Source of the DNA: Methanothermococcus sp. Ax23
GTDB lineage: Archaea > AGJL01 > Methanococci > Methanococcales > Methanococcaceae
NCBI RefSeq assembly: GCF_049075655.1
Contig: NZ_CP157522.1
Span: forward strand, 1,024,001 to 1,088,000
Reading direction: 5' to 3'
Length of the DNA: 64,000 nucleotides
Below are positions 53,368-63,503 of this stretch, in pieces (within the stretch, counting starts at the first letter, position 1; every line of letters starts with the position of its first letter). The position numbers and the translations under genes are program-made. Below the pieces are notes generated by a model, which worked only from the letters and a program-made list of their open reading frames with translations, was not told the origin of the DNA and ran no database searches.

Positions 53368-54072
53368 ATGCTCGGTGTTTGTATGCGTTCAAAGTTGAAG
53401 GAAATGCCCTGGCATTCATTGGTTGAAAATTCGGTTCGAAATCCTACTGATGTAAATTTCAAATACATTGACTGGGGACTTCATTACTATCCAAAAATAA
53501 TAAAAAACGAATTTATCGTAGGATTCCACGCACCAATAATTGATTTAGGAAATCCAAAAGATAAAAATAAAACCTGTTTAATAGCTTTAAAAAATATAAT
53601 TGATGAAATAAAAGGATATGATTATCTAACAATTCATTTGCACAATGGAAGAGAACCTGATAAGGATACATTGATAAATAATTTATTAGAAATAAGCAAT
53701 TATGCAAAAAGGAACAATATAACGTTATGTATTGAAAATTTAAGGACAGGATTTTCATCAAACCCCAACAATGTAGTTGAAATGGCAGATATTTGCGACT
53801 GCAACATAACTTTTGATATCGGTCATGTGGGCTATAATGATAGGGAGGAATTCATTGATTTGTTTTCCGACAGGATATATAACGTTCATGTGTATGAGCT
53901 CGAAAAGGATAACATAGGGCATATTGCACCGGATAATCTGGATAATTTAAGACCAATTTTGGACAAACTATTAGACAATAAATGTGATTTCTGGCTCATT
54001 GAACTTATGAAACTGGATGAAATCATACATACAAAAAATCTGTTGAAAAATTATTTAAATGACCACAAATAA
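53368..54072 (+). CDS. Sugar-phosphate isomerase/epimerase / AP-endonuclease-2 TIM-barrel metalloprotein
   Basis: FHAP, TIHL, CIENL, TFDIGH, HVYE...H..P, IEL metal-ligand pattern. Confidence 0.85.
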   Translation: MLGVCMRSKLKEMPWHSLVENSVRNPTDVNFKYIDWGLHYYPKIIKNEFIVGFHAPIIDLGNPKDKNKTCLIALKNIIDEIKGYDYLTIHLHNGREPDKDTLINNLLEISNYAKRNNITLCIENLRTGFSSNPNNVVEMADICDCNITFDIGHVGYNDREEFIDLFSDRIYNVHVYELEKDNIGHIAPDNLDNLRPILDKLLDNKCDFWLIELMKLDEIIHTKNLLKNYLNDHK

Positions 54073-54107
54073 GATACTTAAAAATATAGAAATATAATGG
54101 TGAAATC

Positions 54108-54941
54108 TTGAACATAATTGATTATAATGATAATTTTATCGATTTCAAAAGGTCATTTAAAGAATTGGAACTTTCAAAAGAAACCATGGATATAATTAAT
54201 AATGAGAGTATGGATTTGAAAGATATAGTAATTGGGGAATTTTCAGGGAGGGACAGTGCCGCAGCAATAATAAAGGCGATGGAAAGTAATGATATAAATA
54301 TTGTTCTTCCAATAGTGGCATTTACTGGAACAGACTATGGGGACATGGATATATTTTATAAAAATTGGAAACTTTTAAACAAGAGAATCAATCAACTGTA
54401 TGAAAATAAAACTCTTTTGCCACTTCACTTCATGTTTGAGCCAAAACTTTGGAATGCATTGAATGGCAGGTTTGCAGTGATGATATCAAAGAAATACAAC
54501 TATTATACACCATGTATTGGATGCCATGCATATTTAAGGATTATACGAATTCCTATTGCAAAGCAATTGAGTGGAAAGATAATAAGTGGGGAGAGAATCC
54601 ACCACAACGAAGATTTTAAAATCGACCAGTTTAAAGAAGTTTTGGAGACATATCATAAACTATGTAGTGAGTTTGATGTAGAGCTCCTATTATCTGTAAA
54701 GGATGTAAAAGAAGGGGAAGAGATAAAAGAAATTATCGGCTACAAATGGGAGCAGGGGAAAAATCAATTTTCATGCGTATTCAGCGGAAATTACCGGGAT
54801 AAGGATGGGAAGGTTATTTTTGATAAAGAAAATATATTGGGCATATTGAATGAATTTATATATCCATCATCAGTTGAGATTTTAAAAAAAGGTTATGAAG
54901 GGGATTTTAGATATATTGAGATTGTAAAAAACTTTATTTAA
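54108..54941 (+). CDS. Hypothetical PP-loop-like (adenine nucleotide alpha-hydrolase) protein with CxxC
   Basis: GEFSGRDSAAA, TPCIGCH, ISGER, distal SCVFSGNY. Confidence 0.7.
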   Translation: MNIIDYNDNFIDFKRSFKELELSKETMDIINNESMDLKDIVIGEFSGRDSAAAIIKAMESNDINIVLPIVAFTGTDYGDMDIFYKNWKLLNKRINQLYENKTLLPLHFMFEPKLWNALNGRFAVMISKKYNYYTPCIGCHAYLRIIRIPIAKQLSGKIISGERIHHNEDFKIDQFKEVLETYHKLCSEFDVELLLSVKDVKEGEEIKEIIGYKWEQGKNQFSCVFSGNYRDKDGKVIFDKENILGILNEFIYPSSVEILKKGYEGDFRYIEIVKNFI

Positions 54942-55006
54942 GTATTTATTATTTAGTATGTGTTGTTTTATATTTATTTGCATTATTTTTTAATTTTGGT
55001 GATATT

Positions 55007-56305
55007 ATGAGAACCATTTTGATACTTCTTGATGGGTTGGGTGATAGGAGCTCGGAAATTTTAGGGGGAAAAACACCACTTGAATATTCCGAAACTCCAA
55101 ATTTGGATAAGCTTGCGGAAAAAGGAATGACTGGACTAATGGTCCCATATAGGGAAGGCATTCCATTGGGGACAGAGATTGCCCATTTTTTACTGTGGGG
55201 GTATTCCATTGAGGACTTTCCTGGAAGGGGTGTTATTGAAGCACTTGGGGAAGATATGGTGATGGAGGATAATGCTATTTATTTAAGGGCATCCCTTGGA
55301 TTTGTAAAATCTGATGAAAAGGGATATTATGTGATGGACCGGAGAACAAAAAACATATCCGAAGGAGAAATAAAAAAACTAATCAATTCACTTCCAAATT
55401 TTGTTGATGGCTATGAATTTGAATTAAAGTATTCTTATGATGTGCATTTTATATTAAAAATAAAAGAGGAAAATGGATGGATTTCAGATAAAATTTCTGA
55501 TTCCGACCCGTTCTACAAAGATAGGCATGTAATGAAGGTATCTCCTGTAAAGGAATTATGTAAAAATGACATGGAATATAGAAAAGCAGAAAGCACATGC
55601 AATGCATTAAATAAATATCTGCTAAAATGTCATAAAATCCTTGAAAACCACGATATAAATATTAAGAGAAGGAGGAAACAAAAACAACCTGCAAACTTTC
55701 TGCTGACAAAATGGGCTGGGAAATATGAGGATGATATTCCATCATTTAAAGAAAAATGGGGGATGAATGGAATTATTATAGCAAATAGTGCTGTTTTTAA
55801 AGGACTATCAAAACTTTTGAAAATGGATTACATGGCTATTGAGGACTTTGAAACTGCGGTAAATACTGGAATAAAGTTAATGGATTATGATTTTATCCAC
55901 ATTCATACAAAAGAAACAGATGAAGCTGCACACACAAAAAATCCTATGAATAAGGTTAAAGTAATTGAAAAGATTGATAAATATTTAGCCCCACTTTTAA
56001 ACATTAATTTGGATGAAAATTTAGTAGTAATTACCGCCGACCACTCAACACCTTCTGTTGGAAGTCTTATTCATTCGGGGGAAAGCGTTCCCATAGTGGT
56101 TGTTGGAAAAAATATCCGATTTGATGATGTTAAAGAATTTAACGAAAGAGTATGCTCAAAAGGTCATTTAAGGATATTTTCAAAAGATTTGATGAATGTT
56201 ATTTTGAACTATACTGACAGAGCTCTGCTTTATGGTTTGAGAAGTGGGAGCTCTATTTTAAGATATATTCCAAATGATGATGATATTGAGCATTTAAAAG
56301 AATAA
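55007..56305 (+). CDS. Archaeal-type cofactor-independent phosphoglycerate mutase-like protein (alkaline phosphatase superfamily)
   Basis: LLDGLGD, TPLE...TPNLD, GTEIAH, FPGRG..EALG, HTKETDEAAH, TADHSTP, HSGESVP. Confidence 0.9.
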   Translation: MRTILILLDGLGDRSSEILGGKTPLEYSETPNLDKLAEKGMTGLMVPYREGIPLGTEIAHFLLWGYSIEDFPGRGVIEALGEDMVMEDNAIYLRASLGFVKSDEKGYYVMDRRTKNISEGEIKKLINSLPNFVDGYEFELKYSYDVHFILKIKEENGWISDKISDSDPFYKDRHVMKVSPVKELCKNDMEYRKAESTCNALNKYLLKCHKILENHDINIKRRRKQKQPANFLLTKWAGKYEDDIPSFKEKWGMNGIIIANSAVFKGLSKLLKMDYMAIEDFETAVNTGIKLMDYDFIHIHTKETDEAAHTKNPMNKVKVIEKIDKYLAPLLNINLDENLVVITADHSTPSVGSLIHSGESVPIVVVGKNIRFDDVKEFNERVCSKGHLRIFSKDLMNVILNYTDRALLYGLRSGSSILRYIPNDDDIEHLKE

Positions 56306-56316
56306 TAAGTGAAAAA

Positions 56317-56889
56317 ATGCCCAATGCATATGCCCATTTGGTTTTTGGAAAATTATTTTTGGAAAATCATAAAATCACAGATTTTAATATCGCAAATAAT
56401 AAAAAAATAATAAATAGTATTGATTTGGACAACTTTTATTTTGGCTGTGTGATTCCAGATATAAACCATATTTCTAAATTAGAGAGAAGGATTACTCATT
56501 TTTATGACAATAATGTTTTTGAATTCTTCGAACCAAAAAATAGTGTAGAATATTCCTTTTGTTTGGGGTATGATATACACATAAAAATTGATAACTTATG
56601 GAAATACAACATACGATTAAAATACAACATACCTCTTGAAGAAAATTTGAAAATATACAACTATCTTGATTATTTTTTGAAAAAAGAATATGGGGTTGAT
56701 TATAACTATTTTAAAGACCATATTTTTAGGGGCAATTGTGATTTGCTGAAAGAATTAAATATAAACAAAAAATTATGCGAAGAATGGAAAAAAAGATGTA
56801 TAAATGATAAAATTGAACTTGAAAACAAAAATAATAAAAATAATGCCTATGAAAAACTGATAAAAGAGTTTTTAAATATTCTGGGTTAA
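56317..56889 (+). CDS. Zn-dependent phospholipase C / S1-P1-like metallohydrolase
   Basis: MP...H N-terminus, FYFG.VIPD, THF, LGY.IH..ID.LW. Confidence 0.75.
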   Translation: MPNAYAHLVFGKLFLENHKITDFNIANNKKIINSIDLDNFYFGCVIPDINHISKLERRITHFYDNNVFEFFEPKNSVEYSFCLGYDIHIKIDNLWKYNIRLKYNIPLEENLKIYNYLDYFLKKEYGVDYNYFKDHIFRGNCDLLKELNINKKLCEEWKKRCINDKIELENKNNKNNAYEKLIKEFLNILG

Positions 56890-57861
56890 TTTTAAAATAC
56901 TATCTTTTTTAATATTAAATGAAACCTCATCCCCTTCTTTTAACATCATTTTTGTATTATGAATTTCAGAAATTAATATATTATCCCTATATTTTATGGC
57001 ATATCTCACAAGGTTGCCAAGATATTCAATATCTACTATTTTTCCAGTAAAATCTCCCTTTCCCACAGTTATATTCTCGGGTCTCACAAAATATTTATAT
57101 TCCTTATCATAGGGCATATTTAAATAAGTTAGAATATTTTTTGGAACCTCATTTATATTTCCTATAAAGTTTGCGATGAATTCTGTTTTTGGGCAGGCAT
57201 ATATATTTTCGGGCATATCCAACTGTTCAATTTTGCCGTTATTCATAACCCCTATTCTATCGGATATTGCCAATGCCTCCTCCTGGTCATGCGTAACATA
57301 TATGGAAGGTATATTTAAGTCCCTTTGAAGTTTTTTTAACTCTTTCCTCATCTTTATTCTCAATTTTGCATCTAAATTGCTAAGGGGTTCGTCAAGTAGT
57401 AATACTTCTGGTTCGATTACCAATGCCCGAGCTACTGCCACCCTTTGCTGCATCCCACCGCTTAACTCATTTATATTGTAATTCTCAAATCCTTCTAAAT
57501 TAACCATATTCAATGCATCTTTAACCTTTTCTTTTATCTCATTCTTTTTTAATTTTTTTATTTTTAAACCATAGGCTACGTTTTCATAAACGTTTAGATG
57601 GGGAAAAAGTGCGTAGTTTTGAAACACCATGCCTATATTTCTCTTATTTGGTGGAATGTTAGTAATATCCTTCCCATTTAAAAAAATCTTCCCATTATCG
57701 GGCATTTCAAAACCTGCTATTGTCCTTAGGCAGGTGGTCTTCCCACACCCACTTGGTCCCAGTAATGAGATGAGCTCATTTTCACATTCAAAATTTATGT
57801 TGTCCAAAATTTTTATGTTGGAATATGACTTTGATACATTGGCGAGTTTTAGAATTGCCAT
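56872..57861 (-). CDS. ABC transporter ATPase (PotA/FbpC/AfuC type)
   Basis: GPSGCGKTT, VFQNYALFPH, LSGGMQQR, LDEPLSNLDA, TOBE tail. Confidence 0.95.
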   Translation of the reverse strand: MAILKLANVSKSYSNIKILDNINFECENELISLLGPSGCGKTTCLRTIAGFEMPDNGKIFLNGKDITNIPPNKRNIGMVFQNYALFPHLNVYENVAYGLKIKKLKKNEIKEKVKDALNMVNLEGFENYNINELSGGMQQRVAVARALVIEPEVLLLDEPLSNLDAKLRIKMRKELKKLQRDLNIPSIYVTHDQEEALAISDRIGVMNNGKIEQLDMPENIYACPKTEFIANFIGNINEVPKNILTYLNMPYDKEYKYFVRPENITVGKGDFTGKIVDIEYLGNLVRYAIKYRDNILISEIHNTKMMLKEGDEVSFNIKKDSILKLTQNI

Positions 57862-57920
57862 TTTATCACCTTATTAAAATTAGATTTGATTTATGAGGTG
57901 TATTTTTATGGAGCATGGCA

Positions 57921-59549
57921 TTAATCAGCAATAAAATTTTTACCTTTTAGCTTCCAGATTAATAGCACACCAACAACTGACAAAATTATCATCATTAGGG
58001 AATAACAGGCTGCAACTCCAAATTCATCGTTAATTGTAGCTTCAAACACCATGGCAGACAAAACCTTTGTGTTTGCAGTTATAAGGAATATAATTGAACC
58101 CAAAGTTTTTACCGTGGCAATAAATGTATATATCATGCTGAAAATTATTGCAGGCTTTAACATAGGCAAAACAATCTTATAAAATGTTTTTAATTTGTCT
58201 GCACCTAAATTAAGAGATGCTTCTTCTATGGATTTTTCTATTTGAGAAAGTGTGGTATATCCAGTTTTATATGAAAACGGAAGTTTTCTAACAACACAAT
58301 TTAAAATAATAATTAAAGATGTCCCAGTCAATAACAGGGGTTGAGTATTGAAAGCCAGTAGATAGCCAATACCCATAAATGTTCCCGGAATGGCAAAAGG
58401 AAGTAATATTATTAAATCCAGCATTTTTCGCCCAAAAAATCTATCTCTTACAATCATATATGCAAAAACCATGCCCATCAATCCAACCAATATACTTGAT
58501 GATAGTGCAAATATTACGGTATTTTTTAATGCAGGCATGCCCTTCTGTAATGCTTCTATAAGATAATTCAACGTGAATGTGTAGTTGTATCCAAAACTCT
58601 TTGTAAATGCGGCTAGAAATACCGCTGAAAATAACATACAAACTACAACGGCAAAAACCATAGGTGGTAGAGATAGTAATAGTTTGTATCTCCCCTTTAT
58701 TGAATAAGGTTTTATTTTCATGGTTTTTTGACCATGCTCTTTGTAAAGTCTGTTGTATAATGCAAACAATATTAAAGAAGGTATTAACAAGATTACGCTC
58801 AATGTTGAAGCCATGGCCGTATTAAAGTTGCCTATTATTTCAAAATAAGAAGCTGTTGCAAGGGTGTTGAAATTTCCACCAACTATAATGGGAGTTCCAA
58901 AATCTGCCATAGAGCTCATAAATATTAAAAGCCCAGCACTTAATATTCCCGGGAGAAGTAGGGGAAATGTGATATTTTTGAAAACCTTAAATTCGTTGGA
59001 ACCTAAATTTCTAGCGGCGTCTTCTAAATTGGAAGATATGCCCAGCAAAACAGCGGATATTATTAAAAATGCCGTGGTGGTATAATCAATTGATTGAAGA
59101 ATAACTACACTTTTCCAGCCGTATATGTTTGGTTCCAATCCCAAAAGCCCGTAGGTTATTAATCCATGCCTTCCAAATAGAAATACATAAGCCAGTGAAT
59201 CTATAAATCCGGGGGTAATTATTGGGAGCAATACGGCAATTTTTAAAAAAATCTTTCCTTTAATATCTGTTTTAAAAATAAGCAATGAAAACAATAATCC
59301 CATAAATAATGATAATGTAGTCGATAAACATGCTACCATTAAACTGTTTTTTAAAATACTGTAATAGTATGGGTTTTTAATAAATTCTATGTAGTTTCTT
59401 AATGTAAATCCGTCATCATAAAATGACTGTATAAGAACGGAGGATATGGGAAATGCCACAAATATTAATAAAAAAATAAATCCTATCAGATGGGACAAAT
59501 ATTTTGTAAATTTTATACTTGCCATCTTTTCGAATCTTTTGTAATCCAT
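57921..59549 (-). CDS. ABC transporter permease (FbpB/AfuB type, two domains)
   Basis: Two EAA motifs (EDAARNLG, EEASLNLGA), DFGTP. Confidence 0.94.
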   Translation of the reverse strand: MDYKRFEKMASIKFTKYLSHLIGFIFLLIFVAFPISSVLIQSFYDDGFTLRNYIEFIKNPYYYSILKNSLMVACLSTTLSLFMGLLFSLLIFKTDIKGKIFLKIAVLLPIITPGFIDSLAYVFLFGRHGLITYGLLGLEPNIYGWKSVVILQSIDYTTTAFLIISAVLLGISSNLEDAARNLGSNEFKVFKNITFPLLLPGILSAGLLIFMSSMADFGTPIIVGGNFNTLATASYFEIIGNFNTAMASTLSVILLIPSLILFALYNRLYKEHGQKTMKIKPYSIKGRYKLLLSLPPMVFAVVVCMLFSAVFLAAFTKSFGYNYTFTLNYLIEALQKGMPALKNTVIFALSSSILVGLMGMVFAYMIVRDRFFGRKMLDLIILLPFAIPGTFMGIGYLLAFNTQPLLLTGTSLIIILNCVVRKLPFSYKTGYTTLSQIEKSIEEASLNLGADKLKTFYKIVLPMLKPAIIFSMIYTFIATVKTLGSIIFLITANTKVLSAMVFEATINDEFGVAACYSLMMIILSVVGVLLIWKLKGKNFIAD

Positions 59550-59867
59550 ACAAACACCAAAAAAGTATTAGTATATTAATATAGAGAGAGTGGTAGATAT
59601 GATAATTATGAATTAAGGTGTTATTTTGTTATTATTGATTGATATCTATTTTTCCACTCATTTAAAACTTCATCCCTATGCTCTCCCCAATATACAAAGT
59701 CCATGTCTATGAAATCTAATTCACTAGGATTTGGAACTCCTTCAAGGGTTTTTATATCACTTCTTACGGGAACTCTTGGACTTGCATTCATTAAAACTTC
59801 TTGCCCTCTTTTTGACAATACCCAATCCACAAATTTCTTTGCATTGTTTGGATGTTTGCAGTCTTTA

Positions 59868-61022
59868 CTGACAGTGTGAATTAACAATACCATCTTTAAA
59901 ATCAAAAAATAGAAATAGGTAGTAGTTAAATATCTCATTAAAAAACGGTGAATTCAGCATGCTAAAGACATTAAGTAATATGCTCACTAATTCTATAAAT
60001 AGTTTAGGATTTAACTGTTCGGAAGAATTATCTAAGTTTGCATTGGTTAGAACGTTAACGCCGATAAAAACTATTAAAGCATTTTCAGAAAGTATTTCAA
60101 AAATCCACAGAACAACTATCGTTAAAAACTTGCAAAAACTCTTCGAAGAAGAGTTTTACTTATACGCTCAATTATTAAACCTTCCCGACATTTTGAATGA
60201 CAATAGATTTAAATACGCTGCAATAATCGATTCAACATTATTAAGAAGATGGAGTGAAAACATTTATGGTTGTAGTATTAGATACAATTACATCGAAAAT
60301 CATAGCAAACTATATCAAGAGCAAATAAACTGCTGTATCTATCACAAAAAAAAGGGCTTTATACTATTCACACTACGATAAAACCACTCGACAAAAAATC
60401 CACAAACATATTTATTGAAATCATTGAATTTTTATCTCAAACTAACATCAGGACGGTTATAGGGGACAGTTTTATCACAACAAAGAAAATTCTAAAGGTA
60501 TGTAAGGAATTGGGAATCGAATACATTGGCAAACTTAGGAAAAACATTATAATCGAGTTTTTCAGTAAGAAGGTTAAAGTGGAAGAATTGTTCGAAAAGG
60601 ATTTTCAAAAAAGAAAGTTCAAATTAAGGACGATTAATGGAATAGAGTTCAAATTATCCGATAGGATTGTGAATATTCCAAATGTTGGCAAGGTTAAAAT
60701 CGTTGCTGTGCAAATGGAAAATCAGAAAAAACCTAAGTATTTAGTCTCTACAAACTATAAAAAGAAGGCGGAGAACATTATAATCGAGTATATGAAGAGA
60801 CCAAAGATAGAAGAAAAACATAAAAGGGATAAATCGATTTTAGAAGTTGAAGGGAATTACATAACTTCTGAAAAGAGTAATATTGGATTCATTAGATTTA
60901 TGGCGGTAGTATCAAACTGCATCGAATACTTAAGCTACAACTATGGATTATCGTTTTATGAAATCGTTAAAAAGTGTGGTAAAGAACTAATAAAGAAAGG
61001 AATATCATAATCACACTGTCAG
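59868..61022 (+). mobile_element. IS701/ISH3-like DDE insertion sequence, 1155 bp
   Basis: Perfect 12-bp TIR CTGACAGTGTGA; 7-bp TSD GTCTTTA at 59861-59867 and 61023-61029. Confidence 0.93.
59959..61010 (+). CDS. DDE transposase in two frames joined by a -1 shift at A-AAA-AAG (~350 aa)
   Basis: IIDST, IGDS, LVSTN, Y.KRPKIEE motifs; A8G tract at 60346-60354. Confidence 0.82.
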
Positions 61023-62011
61023 GTCTTTAACTATTGCAACTGGTGAAGGCCACCAAACCACTTTATCAAGATATACTGATTTTATTGGTGCATTAGGATT
61101 TTTCATTTGAGCAATATGTGGGTCAGGAGATACTCCAAAAGTATATTCTCCTGAAATAACAACATTACCGGGTCCAGAACCTCTTTTTGTTAAAAAGGGG
61201 GTATTTTCATAAAATTTATCAAGGTATTTCCAACCTTCATCTTTTCCTTTCATTTGGAGTATTCCGCATATTGTGAAATATGCTGTTCCAGATATTGTTG
61301 GATTTGATGCTATGAGTTCCCCCTTATATTCTGGTTTTATCAAATCATCCCATGTTTTTGGTTCTGGAAGATTTTTATCTTTGAGTAATTTGGTGTTTTC
61401 CAAAACTCCAATTGTAACAAGGGATACGCCAGTCCAGTAATGCTCTTTATCTACAAATTTACTATCTATATACTTTGCATTTGGAGATTTATAAGGCATC
61501 AATAAACCTTCATTTTTAGCCTTTATGAAGGCATCAATACCCCCACCGAACCATACATCACATGAAGGATTGTTTTTTTCTGCCATAAGTCGAGATAACG
61601 CTTCTCCTGATGACATCGAAACATAATTTACTTTTATGCCAGTATCTTTTTCAAATTCTTTTGCAATTGTATCCAATCCACCGTAGGCAGCATAGATATT
61701 GATAACCTTTTCTTCTGTTGGATTACTTTTTGATGGTGTGGATGTAGAGCTCTGGTCATTAATACATCCGCAGACACTCAAAGACAAAATTATCCCAAGT
61801 ATGGCAAGAATAGGCACGTATTTTTTCACAATTTCACCTTATTTACTGATGTATGGTGTGTTCTTAATTGAGATTAATATTTATAATTTATTATTTAGAT
61901 TTTTTAATGGCATGAGGTTTATGTGAGCTCATATCAAAAATAATATATACTAAAATGGGAATAATTATATTGTAAATAATAAAAGAATTAAAATAAAAAA
62001 GAGGGGAAACT

Positions 62012-62326
62012 ATGAAAAATGAAGTCTTTGTAGGAGAAGGAATGAAGTATGTTAAAGAAGATTGTCCAGACATATATGAGGCAATTGTTAAATTAAACAA
62101 CGCGGTATATTCTGGAAAGGTCTTGGATTACAAAACCCAAAAGTTGATAGCAATCGGCATTGCAGCATCAACAGGAGATGAAAAAGCAACTAAAAAACAG
62201 ATGAAAAGTGGAATGGCTGAGCTCGGTATTACAAAAGAGGAAATATGTGATGTATTAAGAGTAGTATTATTAACATCAGGTATGCCTGCATTCACAAAAG
62301 CTATAAAAATATTGTATGAGCTATAA
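62012..62326 (+). CDS. Carboxymuconolactone decarboxylase (CMD/AhpD-like) family protein
   Basis: LDYKTQKLIAIGIAA, GITKEEI, SGMPA. Confidence 0.9.
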   Translation: MKNEVFVGEGMKYVKEDCPDIYEAIVKLNNAVYSGKVLDYKTQKLIAIGIAASTGDEKATKKQMKSGMAELGITKEEICDVLRVVLLTSGMPAFTKAIKILYEL

Positions 62327-62442
62327 TCGCATTATTTCTTAATTATTTGACGAAATTCGAAGGGTCAAATATTTATGAAATATACTACATATATATTTGT
62401 ATAATTTGTTTAATACATTTAGCAACAAAAGTAAGGGGTAGT

Positions 62443-62799
62443 ATGAGTTGTATTGATGCAAAAACCATGGTAGAAGGAACTGATTTTGAGAAAAAACATA
62501 CTCCAATGATTGAGTGTAATGATGTAGTTAAAGCAGGGGAAATTTTTGAAGTTAAAATTCACACCGCGGGGGTTGAACATCCAATGGAGGATGGACACTT
62601 TATCCAATTTATAGGACTTAGGATAGGGGATATTCCTTTGGCAAGAGCTGATTTAACGCAGTATGCTAAACCAGAGGTGGCATTTCATATAAAAGCTCCA
62701 TCTGAAGGTCATGAAGGCACTGTCATGAAATTAACTGCATTTATGTACTGTAATTTGCATGGAATTTGGAAGTATGAAAAAGAGGTAAAAATAGAATAA
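62443..62799 (+). CDS. Superoxide reductase (1Fe-SOR/neelaredoxin)
   Basis: EKKHTP, HPMEDGHFIQFI, YCNLHG.W. Confidence 0.94.
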   Translation: MSCIDAKTMVEGTDFEKKHTPMIECNDVVKAGEIFEVKIHTAGVEHPMEDGHFIQFIGLRIGDIPLARADLTQYAKPEVAFHIKAPSEGHEGTVMKLTAFMYCNLHGIWKYEKEVKIE

Positions 62800-62900
62800 C
62801 ACCAATATGGGATATTTCAAGAAGGACATAAGAGAATCTCCATAAATAATGAAAATAAAAAAATAAAAAAATAATATTAAAAATAAAAATAAAAATAAAA

Positions 62901-63050
62901 AATCGATGATACTATCCGCTAAAAATCTCTTTGAGATTTTTAGACTAGTATCATCTAAAAAAAGAGAAATCGGTGATACTATCAGATGAATTTCACAGAA
63001 TGAAATTCATTACTAGTATCATCTAAAAAAAGAGAAATCGGTGATACTAT
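62901..63050 (+). repeat. Mini array: two exact 39-bp direct repeats plus a partial one, separated by different palindromic spacers
   Basis: ACTAGTATCATCTAAAAAAAGAGAAATCGGTGATACTAT at 62944-62982 and 63012-63050. Confidence 0.9.
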
Positions 63051-63204
63051 GGCAAAATATCAATGTATGTGTGGATGGATATATGATGAAAATGTTGGAG
63101 AGCCTTCTCAAAATATAGCACCAAATACCAAGTTTGAAGATTTGCCAGATACATTTAAATGCCCTCAGTGTGGTTTGGGAAAAAACGCATTCAAAAAAAT
63201 TTAA
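63049..63204 (+). CDS. Rubredoxin (51 aa, below the ORF-track cutoff)
   Basis: Manual translation MAKYQCMCGWIYDENVGEPSQNIAPNTKFEDLPDTFKCPQCGLGKNAFKKI; RBS GGTGA. Confidence 0.95.
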   Translation: MAKYQCMCGWIYDENVGEPSQNIAPNTKFEDLPDTFKCPQCGLGKNAFKKI

Positions 63205-63236
63205 TCCTTTAATATTTTTATAAAAGAGGTGGAAAT

Positions 63237-63494
63237 ATGTTAATTGAAGTAATCACTTCCCCACAATGCCCTCACTGTCCTGCTGCTAAAAGAGTAGTTG
63301 AAGAAGTTGTAAAAAAGGTAAGCTGTGATGACATTGAAGTAAAATATATCGATGCAACAGAAGACCCTGGAACTGTGGAAAAATACAGCATAATGGCAGT
63401 TCCAGCTATCGTCGTAGATGGGGAGGTAGCATTTGTAGGAGCTCCTTCAAGTGAGCAACTTGAAAACTACCTGAGAGAAAAATTGAATAGGTGA
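63237..63494 (+). CDS. Thioredoxin/glutaredoxin-like protein (MJ0307 type)
   Basis: CPHC active site, MAVP cis-Pro, FVGAP. Confidence 0.94.
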   Translation: MLIEVITSPQCPHCPAAKRVVEEVVKKVSCDDIEVKYIDATEDPGTVEKYSIMAVPAIVVDGEVAFVGAPSSEQLENYLREKLNR

Positions 63495-63503
63495 ATTATA
63501 TCC

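Larger units (their letters stand above)
59621..61829 (-). pseudogene. ABC substrate-binding lipoprotein (FbpA/AfuA type) interrupted by an IS
   Basis: Lipobox VCGC, DVWFGG, PKTWDDL, SGTAY; excising the IS and one TSD gives ...AIVKDCKHPNNAKKFVDW... Confidence 0.92.

Noticed and set aside
59621-59938. 105-aa ORF as a separate gene
   Set aside because: The N-terminal part derives from the IS end; the rest is the 3' part of the interrupted binding-protein gene.
62901-63050. CRISPR array
   Set aside because: Only two full repeats; spacers are self-palindromic; the repeat contains the rubredoxin RBS; no cas genes in the window.
63064-63072. Rubredoxin CxC instead of CxxC as a novelty
   Set aside because: I recall this variant from Methanococcales rubredoxins, so it is not treated as new (not verified by search).
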